Below, one piece after another: positions 19,769 to 30,122 of a stretch of DNA of 64,000 bases. The DNA is taken from contig JAQUST010000002.1 of NCBI GenBank assembly GCA_028710495.1, positions 33,577 through 97,576 on the forward strand. Reading direction: 5' to 3'. This DNA is from Clostridia bacterium (GTDB lineage: Bacteria; Bacillota; Clostridia; Christensenellales; CAG-917). The stretch's first letter is position 1; each line of letters opens with the position of its first letter. The notes beneath the pieces are model-generated. The model saw only the letters and a list, made by a program, of their open reading frames with translations. It searched no databases and had not been told where the DNA came from. Made by a program: the position numbers and the translations under genes.

Positions 19769-20872
19769 TTATTCTCCAAATATTTCTACTATTTTTTGAA
19801 GTGCAACTTCAATTACTTTGTCCATATCAAAATATTTATAGCTTCCTAGCCTTCCACCAAAAATAACTTCTTTTTCTTGTTTTGCCAACCAATTGTATCT
19901 TTCGAATAATTCGTTGTTTTTTTCATTGTTTATAGGATAGTATGGTTCACTCCCTTCTGTCCATTCTGAAGGATATTCCTTTGAAATAAAAGTTTTGGGT
20001 TGTTTGCCAAATTCAAAATGCTTATGTTCAATTATTCGAGTAAACGGCACCTCGCGTTCAGTATAATTTATTACTGCGTTTCCTTGATAGTCTTCCATAT
20101 CTAAAAGTTGATTTTCAAATCTGACCGTACGATACTCCAATTTACCATAACAAAAATCAAAATATGCATCAATCATACCCGTATAAACTATGTTTTTCGC
20201 ACATATATCATTGTTCAGTTTCAAATTGAAAAAATCAACATCAAGTTTGACATCAATGCCTTTGAGCATATTTTCAATCATTTGTGTATATCCGCCAATC
20301 GCTATCCCTTGATAAGTATCATTAAAGTAATTGTTGTTTCTCTCAAAGCGTAATGGTAGGCGCTTAATAATAAAAGAAGGCAAATCTTTGCAATCTCTGC
20401 CCCACTGCTTTTCAGTGTAGCCTTTTATAAGTTTTTCATAAACGTCTCTGCCTACTAAGAAAAGAGCCTGTTCTTCAAGATTTTTCGGTTCAGTTATTCC
20501 AGCTTCAACGCGCTGTTTTTCTATGATAACTTTTGCTTCTTCGGCGGTTTTCACACCCCAAAGTTGCTCAAACGTGTTGAGGTTGAATGGAAGATTGTAT
20601 CTTTCGCCTTTATATATTGCGATGACGTTGTTCTCGAAATCGTTGAATTTTGTGAATTTATTCGCATATTCCCAAACTTTCTTATTGCTTGTGTGAAAAA
20701 TATGCGCACCATAACGATGAACGTTTATTCCCTCAATGTTTTCGGTGTAAATGTTGCCACCTATGTGATTTCTTTTGTCAACGACTAGACATTTTTTGCC
20801 ACGCTTTGTTGCCTCGTGCGCAAAAACAGCACCATAAAGACCTGCACCAACAATTAAGTAGTCATAATTCAT
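19769..20872 (-). CDS. glf: UDP-galactopyranose mutase
   Basis: FAD-binding fold YDYLIVGAGLYGAVFA, with GGNIYT, HRYGAHIFHT and GRLGSYKYFDMD motifs. The preferred start is the ATG at 20872, after GGAGAAGAGGAA; the ORF-track TTG at 20890 contains that RBS. Confidence 0.9.
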   Translation of the reverse strand: MNYDYLIVGAGLYGAVFAHEATKRGKKCLVVDKRNHIGGNIYTENIEGINVHRYGAHIFHTSNKKVWEYANKFTKFNDFENNVIAIYKGERYNLPFNLNTFEQLWGVKTAEEAKVIIEKQRVEAGITEPKNLEEQALFLVGRDVYEKLIKGYTEKQWGRDCKDLPSFIIKRLPLRFERNNNYFNDTYQGIAIGGYTQMIENMLKGIDVKLDVDFFNLKLNNDICAKNIVYTGMIDAYFDFCYGKLEYRTVRFENQLLDMEDYQGNAVINYTEREVPFTRIIEHKHFEFGKQPKTFISKEYPSEWTEGSEPYYPINNEKNNELFERYNWLAKQEKEVIFGGRLGSYKYFDMDKVIEVALQKIVEIFGE

Positions 20873-21227
20873 AAAATTCCTCTTCTCCAAAATAATTTTG
20901 ATAAAATTAATAATTCATCTCTAGAACTAATTTGTTATTTTCTTTGTTTTGCTCTCAATTTAATGAGTAAAATATTTTGCACATTTTCAACTGCGTGTTA
21001 GTGGGATATTGAATTTTTTCTTAACTAACATAAAATAGTTCTGTGGAAATTTCTATGATTTTCTTCTTTTAATAAGAATAAGAATCTTTTCAAAATTGTG
21101 ACAAATCCTTCAACAAGCAAAACCACTTCCGTTTCGCAATACTTACACTATTTATGCAATTATAACATTTCCACAATAAAAGTCAATAAATACCTTTGGC
21201 AAAGTCAAAATACAAAATGATATGTTG

Positions 21228-21256
21228 TTGACTTTCAATCTATATTTTGTTAAAAT
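21228..21256 (+). promoter_or_regulatory. Putative sigma-A promoter for the dual-GT2/ugd genes
   Basis: TTGACT, a 17-nt spacer, then TAAAAT, about 60 nt upstream of the ATG at 21318. Confidence 0.4.
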
Positions 21257-21317
21257 AAGCATTGTATCTATACAATTAATTATTAGTAAATATATTTGGA
21301 AAAGGAAAAAGGAAATT

Positions 21318-23399
21318 ATGCCTAAAGTATCAGTTGTAGTCCCAATTTATAATGTTGAAAGTTATTTAACTACCTGTATAGATAGTCTACTAAATCAAAC
21401 GCTTGAAGATATTGAAATCATTTGCGTGAATGACGGTTCAACTGACAGCAGTCCTCAAATTCTCGAAGAATATGCAAAAAAAGACAAACGCATAAAATAT
21501 ATTACAAAAGAAAATTCAGGCTACGGACACACAATGAATGTTGGTATAGACGCAGCAAGTAGTGAGTATATCGGCATTTTAGAATCTGATGACTATGTTT
21601 CTCCAAATATGTTTGAAGAGCTATACAGCGTCGCAAAAGCTAATGATTTGGATTTTGTCAAATCTGATTTTTACCGCTTCACAGAAAAAAACGGATATAG
21701 ATATCTTCAACGCTGTTACATTGCCCCAGATGCGAGCTTCTACAACAGAGTGCTAAACCCATGTGAGGAATTGGAAACTTTCCGCTTTATAATGAACACC
21801 TGGACAGGTATTTACAAAAAATCATTTCTGACCTTTCATAACATTCGCCACAACGAAACTGCTGGCGCTTCTTTTCAAGATAATGGCTTTTGGTTTAAAA
21901 CCTCAGCTTTTGCAACAAGGGCGATGTTCGTTGACAAAGCTTATTATCGTTGCAGAAGAGACAACGTAAATTCCTCAGTTCATTCTAAAACAAAAATTTT
22001 CTGTGCAAAAGATGAATATGACTATATTGGCGAATTTTTGAAGTCTAATCCGCAACTCAAAGAAAAGTTGTGGTGCGCGTATCAATTGAAACGTTTTCAT
22101 AATTATCGATTTACTTGCGATAGAATTGGAAATGAATATAAGGAAATGTTTATAAAACAATTTTCGTTAGATTTCAATGAAAGCGAAAAAAATGGCGAAC
22201 TTAACACAAAAATGTTTAGTGATAGCGAGGTCAATATTCTGCAACTTGTTATGTCCAACCCACAAGAATTTTACAACAAATTTTATAATAATGTTGAAAA
22301 TGAGTTATCTTCAAAATCTTCTAAAATAGTCTCCATTTTACGCAAAGGAAAGCATTTTGCAGGTCGTTTATTACGAAGCATAAAGCATGATGGTTTTTCT
22401 TGCACTTTGAAAAAAATAAACAATTTTGCACAGTTTGTTTTTTCTAAAACAAAACTTTCGATTATACTCACAGTCTATAATGAAGAACAATTTCTTGATG
22501 AATGTATGCAAAGCATTCTTTCTCAAACATTTGCAAAGTTTGAAGTTATTTGCGTTGATGACGGCTCAACTGACAATTCCTTTGAATTGTTGACAAAATG
22601 GAAAGCAAAAGATAAACGCGTCAAAATTTTGCAACAGAAAAACTCTGGCGCTGGCGTAGCAAGAAATCTTGGGTTGCAGCACGCAAAAGGCAAATATCTG
22701 CTTTTCTTGGATTCTGATGATATTTTCGAAAATGAGATGTTTAGGATTTTAACTAAAAAAGCACTTATCACTAATTCGGATATAACAATATGCGATTCAT
22801 ATAAATTTGACAATACATCAAAAGAAGTTTTGCCAAATCAATATGCACTACATAAACCTTTTTCTTCAGATCGAAAAGTTTTTTCGAGGAATGACATTCC
22901 TGATAAAATTTTTAATTTTTGCATTGGTTGGGCTTGGGATAAGCTATATAAAAGAAGTTTTGTTAGAAAAAGCAAACTCAAATTCCAAGCTTTGCGAACA
23001 ACAAATGATGCCTATTTTGTATATTTATCATTAGTAAAAGCTTCTAGAATTTCGATTGTTGATGAAAAACTAGTTTTATACCGAAATAATAATCCATCAT
23101 CACTTGCGCAAACTCGCGTTTTATCTTGGGATTGTTTTTATAAAGCTATAATCTCAATACGAGATGAACTAAAAAATCTGGAAGTGTACGATCAATTAGA
23201 ACAATCCTTTGCAAATTGGGCACTTGATTTTAGCATGTGGAATTATTACACACTTGCAGAACCAACAAAAACACTTCTGCGCGATAAACTTCGAGAAAGC
23301 TATTTAGCTGAACTTGGACTTCTTGACAGACCTGAGGGATTTTTCTATGAGAATAGAAAATCAGATTACGAATTGATGCAAAATATTTTGAATTCATAA
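21318..23399 (+). CDS. Dual-domain family-2 glycosyltransferase (two GT2 modules in one 693-aa chain)
   Basis: Module 1: VSVVVPIYNVESYL...ICVNDGSTD...ILESDD. Module 2: LSIILTVYNEEQFL...ICVDDGSTD...FLDSDD. The start is the ATG at 21318, after AAAGGAAAAAGGAAA; the ORF-track start at 21222 is upstream of that RBS. Confidence 0.8.
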   Translation: MPKVSVVVPIYNVESYLTTCIDSLLNQTLEDIEIICVNDGSTDSSPQILEEYAKKDKRIKYITKENSGYGHTMNVGIDAASSEYIGILESDDYVSPNMFEELYSVAKANDLDFVKSDFYRFTEKNGYRYLQRCYIAPDASFYNRVLNPCEELETFRFIMNTWTGIYKKSFLTFHNIRHNETAGASFQDNGFWFKTSAFATRAMFVDKAYYRCRRDNVNSSVHSKTKIFCAKDEYDYIGEFLKSNPQLKEKLWCAYQLKRFHNYRFTCDRIGNEYKEMFIKQFSLDFNESEKNGELNTKMFSDSEVNILQLVMSNPQEFYNKFYNNVENELSSKSSKIVSILRKGKHFAGRLLRSIKHDGFSCTLKKINNFAQFVFSKTKLSIILTVYNEEQFLDECMQSILSQTFAKFEVICVDDGSTDNSFELLTKWKAKDKRVKILQQKNSGAGVARNLGLQHAKGKYLLFLDSDDIFENEMFRILTKKALITNSDITICDSYKFDNTSKEVLPNQYALHKPFSSDRKVFSRNDIPDKIFNFCIGWAWDKLYKRSFVRKSKLKFQALRTTNDAYFVYLSLVKASRISIVDEKLVLYRNNNPSSLAQTRVLSWDCFYKAIISIRDELKNLEVYDQLEQSFANWALDFSMWNYYTLAEPTKTLLRDKLRESYLAELGLLDRPEGFFYENRKSDYELMQNILNS

Positions 23400-23495
23400 A
23401 ACATCTATACGTTGTAAACATTATCGTAAACGAAATATACATGGTGAATGCATAAGCTCTCACAATATACAAAAACTATAACACAAGAGGAACAA

Positions 23496-24800
23496 ATGAA
23501 AATTACGATTGCAGGAACAGGATATGTAGGCTTGGTATCAGCAACAGTACTTGCCGAAGTTGGTCATGACGTTTGCTGTGTCGATGTCGACAAAGCAAAA
23601 ATTGAATATCTAGTCAATGGCGGATGCCCTATTTTTGAGCCCGGTCTTCAGGAACTTATTGTAAAGAATAAATCAAGACTGTCTTTTACAACTGATGCTG
23701 AAACAGCCTACAAAAATAGTGACGTTATTTTTATAGCTGTAGGTACTCCCGAAAAAAAAGACGGCTCTGCAAATCTGCAATATGTTCTAGCAGTTTGTGA
23801 TGTGATTGCAAACTTTGTTGAAAAAGATACAGTTATTGTTGTTAAATCCACTGTTCCGATAGGTACAAACGACAGGATCGAAGAATATGTTAAGTCAAAA
23901 GCTAAATGCGGCTTAAACTTTGAAATAGTTTCAAATCCTGAGTTTCTATCTCAAGGCACTGCGATAGAAGATATGTTGTTTCCAAACAGAATTATCATTG
24001 GAGTGGAAAGCGAAAGTTCAAAAACTGTTATGCAAAAAATTTACGAGCCTTTCAACTGCCCTATTCTTTTTACAAACAGAAGAAGCGCTGAAATGGTCAA
24101 ATATGCCTCTAACGATTTTTTAGCATTGAAGATTAGCTATGTCAATGAAATTGCTAATCTTTGTGAAGCCTTGGGAGCAGATATTTCCGATGTCACTTTA
24201 GGAATGGGACTCGACCCGAGAATAGGCAACAAATTTTTGGGTGCAGGCATTGGCTATGGCGGTTCATGTTTCCCAAAGGATACAAAAGCTTTGCATTGGC
24301 TTTCCGGCACAATGGACTGTGCTGTCAAAACTATACAGGCAGCTATAGAAGTGAACGATGCTCAAAAAACCATACTGCTGAAAAAAGCTAAGAAATATTA
24401 TTCTTCATTCGAAGGCTTGAACATCGCAATTTTGGGACTTGCATTCAAGTCGGGCACTGATGACCTCAGAGAAGCGCCGTCGCTTTCGAATATACCTATA
24501 CTTTTGGATTACGGCGCAAAGATAAAGGCGTGGGACACAACTGCTGAAAAAAACTTTAGAAAGCTCTATCCCACAGAAATACAATACTGCAATACTCCAC
24601 AGGATGCATTGAAAGACGCGGACCTTTGCCTAATTATGACTGACTGGCCGGAAATTAAAGCCTTGTCTCCTGAAGTGTTTTCTTTAATGGCAAAACCGAT
24701 AATTTTAGATGGACGAAACTGTTATCCTCTTTCTTTAATGAAAAACTACAAGGTAGTTTATGAAAGTATAGGCAGAATTACTATAAACAATTTGAGCTAA
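23496..24800 (+). CDS. ugd: UDP-glucose 6-dehydrogenase
   Basis: MKITIAGTGYVGL Rossmann start, NPEFL, catalytic GGSCFPKD and the GLAFKSGTDDLREAP motif. The start is the ATG at 23496, after AGAGGAA. Confidence 0.9.
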   Translation: MKITIAGTGYVGLVSATVLAEVGHDVCCVDVDKAKIEYLVNGGCPIFEPGLQELIVKNKSRLSFTTDAETAYKNSDVIFIAVGTPEKKDGSANLQYVLAVCDVIANFVEKDTVIVVKSTVPIGTNDRIEEYVKSKAKCGLNFEIVSNPEFLSQGTAIEDMLFPNRIIIGVESESSKTVMQKIYEPFNCPILFTNRRSAEMVKYASNDFLALKISYVNEIANLCEALGADISDVTLGMGLDPRIGNKFLGAGIGYGGSCFPKDTKALHWLSGTMDCAVKTIQAAIEVNDAQKTILLKKAKKYYSSFEGLNIAILGLAFKSGTDDLREAPSLSNIPILLDYGAKIKAWDTTAEKNFRKLYPTEIQYCNTPQDALKDADLCLIMTDWPEIKALSPEVFSLMAKPIILDGRNCYPLSLMKNYKVVYESIGRITINNLS

Positions 24801-24854
24801 GTAAACATTTTGGCAAAGCTAAAATTTTAATTCGATACCGTTCTTTTATAAAAC

Positions 24855-24886
24855 AAAAATGCCCTTCAATTGAAGGGCATTTTTTA
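24855..24886. terminator. Rho-independent terminator after ugd
   Basis: Perfect palindrome ATGCCCTTCAATTGAAGGGCAT followed by TTTTT. Confidence 0.75.
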
Positions 24887-25109
24887 TTTAAATATTTTTT
24901 ATTTCAGTTTATTTTTCTATTTAAAAATTAACTGAAGTTTATTTATAGAGAGAAATAAAATTTTTATTTCATCGTTATTGATTTAGACATATCGAAAATC
25001 AAATTGTTTTCTATATTTCTTATTCTTCATAATTCTTATCGACTGAAACGCATTGAGAATTTGAATTAATTTTTATATGTCTAAAATCTCATTTCGAGTT
25101 CTCAAATAT

Positions 25110-26858
25110 TTAGTATTTTATCTTTGCATTGATTTCTTTTACCATATCCATCGGGAGTTTCACAGCTTGTCTGTCATAAGTTACAAATCCGTTGATTTCT
25201 TCCTCGACATCTGAAAGCTGAGTATATACAGTAGCAGAAAGTCCCTTCGGAATAAGCGGAACAATCTTTTTCTCGAACAGAGTTTTGTATGCCGTCGCAA
25301 ATTTTTCAGAATCTTTATAAATACGATAACCGAACAACTTCTCTGGATTATAAATGTGTCCTTCAGTAGGTATTGAGTATCCTCCAAACTCTGAAAGCAC
25401 TATACATCTCTTGTCGCGAGGAAGTCTCATTGGCGTGAAATAGATATGTAAACTCTTCAGGTCACTCGTGCTCTTCCCTTGGTCGTTCCATCCGCTTACT
25501 GAGTCCACAATGCGTGTGGAGTCAAGTTCCTTGACAATCTCTGTCGCTTTGATTGAATCAAATTGTCCCCAACCTTCATTGAAGGGCACCCACACACCAA
25601 GCGAAACAACATTTTTCAGATAATCAATCATCGTTTTCAAGTCTTTCCAATATTCTTCTCTTCCTGCTTCATCTTCTCTTCCAAGGAACTTATAGTTCTT
25701 CTTGCTGTCTTTAATTTTTATGTTGGCGATTGCAAATCCTCCGATAGCCAAAATATTGTACGCTCCGCCACCCGAAACCATATCTTGCCACACAATTATA
25801 CCAAGCTTATCGCAATGATAGTACCATCTGAGCGGTTCGATTTTGATGTGCTTTCTTATCATATTAAAACCCATATCTTTCATCAACTTGACATCATATT
25901 CCATCGCGCTGTCGGTTGGAGGAGTCAACATTCCGTCAGACCAATAACCTTGGTCAAGCACTCCATTGTGGAAGTACGGTTCGTTGTTGAGAGCAAGTCT
26001 TTTTATGCCTTTTTCGTCTTCAATAATTGAGAACTTTCTCATTCCGCAATAAGACTTTATGATATCTTCGTCAACTGCTATCACCAAGTCATATAGCTTT
26101 GGATTTTCTGGACTCCAACATTCAAACGCTTTGAGTTTGAGAACAGCTTCGCCTTTTTTTATTTCTGCTTTTGCTATCTCTTTTTTGCCGTCAAACATAA
26201 CGATACTTGCGGTTTTTGGACTACCCTCTATATCGAGTTTAACCGACACTATGCTGTCATCAATATTTGGAACAATGATCATTGACTTCACAAAAGTTTT
26301 TGGAACACTTTCAATCCATACGGTTTGCCAAACACCCGATTGAGGTGTGTACCATATTCCGCCGTGCTTAGTTTTTTGTTTCGCTCTTGCTTGCGTTCCT
26401 GTGTCGGCAGGGTCAGTCACAACAAGTGCTATTTCGTTTTCACCCTCTTTCACAAAATCCGTGATTTCAAGTGATACAGGAAAATATCCGCTCGTGAATG
26501 CTCCAACTTCTTTACCGTTTATGGTAATGGTGCATGCATAATCGACTGCTCCGAAATGAATGAAAGTTCTGTCTTTCAAAAAATCTGGGTCAAGCTCAAA
26601 TTTGCGGGCATAATAAAGAATATCATTTTCAGTGGCTTTAATATCACTAAGCCCCGAAAGCAGACACTCTGGAGAGAATGGTACGAGGATTTCCTTGTCG
26701 TAACCTACAAATTTATCATTTTTTGATGCAATCGCAAACTTCCATTTTCCATTTAGGTTGACAAAGCTGTTACGCTCCATTTGCGGGCGCGGATATTCTG
26801 AAAGCGGAACAATACCGACTTCATCAAAGAATTTGGATTTCAATCTTACTACGCTCAT
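25110..26858 (-). CDS. Glycoside hydrolase family 2 enzyme (beta-galactosidase/beta-glucuronidase-like)
   Basis: N-terminal sugar-binding beta-sandwich (EYPRPQMERNSFVNLNGKWKF), TIM-barrel acid/base motif WVPFNEGWGQ and candidate nucleophile region VLSEFGGY. Confidence 0.75.
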   Translation of the reverse strand: MSVVRLKSKFFDEVGIVPLSEYPRPQMERNSFVNLNGKWKFAIASKNDKFVGYDKEILVPFSPECLLSGLSDIKATENDILYYARKFELDPDFLKDRTFIHFGAVDYACTITINGKEVGAFTSGYFPVSLEITDFVKEGENEIALVVTDPADTGTQARAKQKTKHGGIWYTPQSGVWQTVWIESVPKTFVKSMIIVPNIDDSIVSVKLDIEGSPKTASIVMFDGKKEIAKAEIKKGEAVLKLKAFECWSPENPKLYDLVIAVDEDIIKSYCGMRKFSIIEDEKGIKRLALNNEPYFHNGVLDQGYWSDGMLTPPTDSAMEYDVKLMKDMGFNMIRKHIKIEPLRWYYHCDKLGIIVWQDMVSGGGAYNILAIGGFAIANIKIKDSKKNYKFLGREDEAGREEYWKDLKTMIDYLKNVVSLGVWVPFNEGWGQFDSIKATEIVKELDSTRIVDSVSGWNDQGKSTSDLKSLHIYFTPMRLPRDKRCIVLSEFGGYSIPTEGHIYNPEKLFGYRIYKDSEKFATAYKTLFEKKIVPLIPKGLSATVYTQLSDVEEEINGFVTYDRQAVKLPMDMVKEINAKIKY

Positions 26859-28255
26859 AATACTTTCTCCTGTTTATTCAAATTTTTCGTTATATAAATC
26901 AAAGGTACAATCATTAAAACCGCAATACACGCCGCAACCAAAAACAAAGTCGGCGTTGGCACATTTGCCGTTTGAAATACTCCTTCTGTCAGTTCAGCTT
27001 GGTAAGTGAACCGCGCCGGGTTTGAAACCGCAGCTGCTTTATTTATTGCTTCACCGATGTTTGGACCGACAACCATTGGAATTAGAACATAAAATATCAT
27101 TCTGATTCCTTGCAATTTCCCGGCTTCACGCTCAGGAGTGTGGTCACGCACGAGTGCATTCAGTAACACCATAAGCATAATATAACCAAGTATCATCACA
27201 AAACCGACTATCGCCGTGAATGCTAAAAGTGCATTCTTTGGCAAATCGCTGATTAAGAAAAGCACAAATAATCCAACAATGAATACTGCGGCAACAATGT
27301 AGAGCATCTTTATTTTTCCGACTTTGTCAGATAGTTTCCCGAGAAAAATCGTGCAGACAGCGGCACTCAGAATAACTCCGCCAAGCACTGCGCTATATTC
27401 AAGTGTGGTGAAGCCTAAATATTGTTCCATATAAACAATAAAGAACGGCATAAACACATTGCATGCAATTGAATAAATGCACATTGCGCTCAATATAACA
27501 TAGAGCATTTTGTTTTGCTTGATAATCGAAGGTCTAAAACCGTAAAAAATATTTTTGAAATAACTCCCTTCTTCTCTTTCAAGTTTTGGAGCATCTTTTA
27601 CAAAAAATATACCAAAGACTCCACAAACAGAAATAATTGCTCCAAGAATTCCGAATAAGTACGGATAGCCCAAACTATCCACAATAAATCCAAATCCGCC
27701 AGCTACTATAAGAAGCGAAATCAACGGAAGGGTTGAGAGCACGCCCTCAACTCTGCCTCTGTTTGTCTTATCGGTGTTGTCAGTGACCCACGCATTGAAT
27801 GCCGCATCATTTGCAGTTGAACCAAAGAAAGTCATAATGCAATCCATAACCACAACTATTGCAATCGTGGCTGCAACGATAATGTTCAAATCAGTAAGGC
27901 CAAAAATTTTTGCAGTGTTATCGTTTGATATGAAAGCGAAGCAAGCAACAATCATACCCCAAATTATGTAGCCAAATGAAATAAATTTTCTACGGTTTCC
28001 AAGTTTGTCGGAAAGCGCGCCAGCAAACAGAGTTGCGATTGTTGCAACAATTCCACTAGCTGTCACCATAATATTAATAGCGCTGGTTGTCGGGCTGATT
28101 GTATCGTAAACAAAAAGATTGAAATACATATTTTCAACTGCCCAAGCAATTTGTCCGAATAATCCAAAAACAATGAGTATAGCCCACATCCTTCTCGAAA
28201 TAGATGTCTCAGCAGTTGTTTGGATAGAATTATCAATATTTTCGTTCTTACTCAT
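26855..28255 (-). CDS. MFS/GPH-type glycoside:cation symporter
   Basis: A 466-aa protein with about 12 TM segments. Its stop overlaps the GH2 start (ATGA), indicating a coupled uptake and hydrolysis pair. Confidence 0.7.
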   Translation of the reverse strand: MSKNENIDNSIQTTAETSISRRMWAILIVFGLFGQIAWAVENMYFNLFVYDTISPTTSAINIMVTASGIVATIATLFAGALSDKLGNRRKFISFGYIIWGMIVACFAFISNDNTAKIFGLTDLNIIVAATIAIVVVMDCIMTFFGSTANDAAFNAWVTDNTDKTNRGRVEGVLSTLPLISLLIVAGGFGFIVDSLGYPYLFGILGAIISVCGVFGIFFVKDAPKLEREEGSYFKNIFYGFRPSIIKQNKMLYVILSAMCIYSIACNVFMPFFIVYMEQYLGFTTLEYSAVLGGVILSAAVCTIFLGKLSDKVGKIKMLYIVAAVFIVGLFVLFLISDLPKNALLAFTAIVGFVMILGYIMLMVLLNALVRDHTPEREAGKLQGIRMIFYVLIPMVVGPNIGEAINKAAAVSNPARFTYQAELTEGVFQTANVPTPTLFLVAACIAVLMIVPLIYITKNLNKQEKVL

Positions 28256-28775
28256 ATTTCCCTTTCGTGAGTGAATAATCTATATCTAAATTCACCTAAT
28301 CACTATTTCATAATTTAATTATAAGCATTTTACATTAAGCATCATATATTTAGTTTTATTTCTGTTTTTCAATTTGAATTTCGACTACTTGTAGCAGGTT
28401 TTACTAAACGATATTTTGCTACTTATTTGATTTAGCTACTTGCCGTAGAATTTACATTTTTCTTTGTTCTATAATCATGTTAAGTATCAGCAAATCTTTG
28501 TAGTATATAATTTATTATCGATTTTTCGAAATGACAATAATTTGTCAAAAAGTATCATTTCTAAGCGAACTCAATCAATCAATAAGAATTATTTTATCAT
28601 AGATAAACAGTAAAAACAAGGTACAAACTCAATAAATGCAATCAATTTGACACTAATTTTTTACTAGACAATACATATACATCGAATTTTTAGCGTTTAT
28701 GAAACTCATCGACTATAAATATAACTTTTGACTTTGCGTGCTTATTATGTTAGAATTTTTTCGTCGGAGGATAAT

Positions 28776-29309
28776 ATGAAAATCATTATAGCATCAGACA
28801 TACACGGCTCGGCATCGAGTGCAAAAAACATTTTGTCAAAGGCAAACAAAAATGACAAAATAATCTTGCTCGGCGATATCTACAATCACGGACCACGAAA
28901 CCCATTGCCTGACGGTTGGGCGCCTATGGAAGTTGCGGCGGCACTCAACTCTCATAAGAAAAATTTGACAGTGCTTCAAGGCAACTGCGACAGTGAAGTT
29001 GATCAAATGATTTCCGAATTCCGTTTCAAAAAAAAGCTTACACTCAATCTTGACCGCTTATTATTTTTCAGTCACGGACACAAGTTCAATATCGACAACC
29101 CTCCATCCAAATTAGCAAAAGGTGCAGTAGTTTTTTACGGTCATTTCCATATTCCTTATATCAAGGAGCAAGACGGAGTATATTTTGTCAATCCTGGTTC
29201 TTGCGCATTACCGCTTGGGGGCAATCCAAAATCGTATGCGACCTATGAAAACGGCAAAATCACAATTTTTGATTTAGACGACAATGTGATTATTGAAAAG
29301 CAGCTTTGA
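28776..29309 (+). CDS. yfcE: YfcE-type metallophosphoesterase (phosphodiesterase)
   Basis: MKIIIASDIHGS, LGDIYNHGPRNPLPDGWAP, GNCDSEVDQM, HGH, YGHFH and NPGS are collinear with E. coli YfcE. The start is the ATG at 28776, after GGAGGA. Confidence 0.8.
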   Translation: MKIIIASDIHGSASSAKNILSKANKNDKIILLGDIYNHGPRNPLPDGWAPMEVAAALNSHKKNLTVLQGNCDSEVDQMISEFRFKKKLTLNLDRLLFFSHGHKFNIDNPPSKLAKGAVVFYGHFHIPYIKEQDGVYFVNPGSCALPLGGNPKSYATYENGKITIFDLDDNVIIEKQL

Positions 29310-29450
29310 TATGAAAAATATGCAATTTTGAAAATGTCTTAATTATTGATTTCGATTTTATTTTTTATTTGTTTGATATTTTAATTTGTTTGGAAAAGTA
29401 ATAATAATCTTAAATATCTTAAACAAAATTTGCTACCTTCTATACAAACT

Positions 29451-29479
29451 AAAAGCTCAGCAAAAGCTGAGCTTTTTTA
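29451..29479. terminator. Bidirectional rho-independent terminator
   Basis: GCTCAGC aaaa GCTGAGC, flanked by an A-run and a T-run, between convergent yfcE and folA. Confidence 0.7.
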
Positions 29480-29615
29480 TTTGAAAAAATGTTTGTTTAT
29501 TGAAAATAAAATAGTAAAATTTATTTGTGCAACTTAATGTATAAGCTACATTAAATTCAAACAATACAAGTTAAGAATATATCTCAAATTAATAACAAAA
29601 ATTTAATAATTTACA

Positions 29616-30113
29616 TTAAAATTCTTTGACATCATTATTATGATATACGCAGAAAGTGAACCTATATTCACCGTTGTCAAAAACTTCGCTTTCTTCATCA
29701 CAAGTCCAATTTTTGAGCAAATCAAGATTTTCAAAAAATACCGTCGCTTCGCCGTTTGCCTGAACCTTTGTCACAATAACTTCGGAACAATATGGCAACA
29801 TTGTGCGATACATCATTGCGCCACCCACAACAAAAATATCATCTTCATTATATTTTTTGATTTCGGCAGACAACTCTTTAAGCGAACGAACAAGCACAAC
29901 GTCATCGCGGTTTCCATCCGGCCACAAAACTATATTAGTGCGGTTTTTCAGTGGCTTGCTGTTTGGAAAAGATAGCAAAGTATTTGAACCCATCACAACA
30001 ACTTTCCCCATAGTAAATTCCATAAAATGCTTCATGTCTTCACGGATTGAAAAGAGCAAATCATTGTTTTTGCCTATTCCCCATTTGCTGTCTACTGCAA
30101 CTATAGCTTTCAT
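29616..30113 (-). CDS. folA: Dihydrofolate reductase
   Basis: MKAIVAVDSKWGIGKNNDLLF, VVMGSNT and VVGGAMMY motifs. It lies immediately downstream of thyA. Confidence 0.9.
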   Translation of the reverse strand: MKAIVAVDSKWGIGKNNDLLFSIREDMKHFMEFTMGKVVVMGSNTLLSFPNSKPLKNRTNIVLWPDGNRDDVVLVRSLKELSAEIKKYNEDDIFVVGGAMMYRTMLPYCSEVIVTKVQANGEATVFFENLDLLKNWTCDEESEVFDNGEYRFTFCVYHNNDVKEF

Positions 30114-30122
30114 ATTGCTCCC

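Noticed and set aside
21222-21317. The ORF track gives longer N-terminal extensions for several genes (21222, 37432, 23448, 28728, 16827, 2029, 31001, 20890, 56384, 57733, 46802, 48974).
   Set aside because: In each case an internal ATG sits 5-9 nt after a strong GGAGG-like RBS and begins the conserved family N-terminus. The upstream extension is hydrophobic junk or contains the RBS itself.
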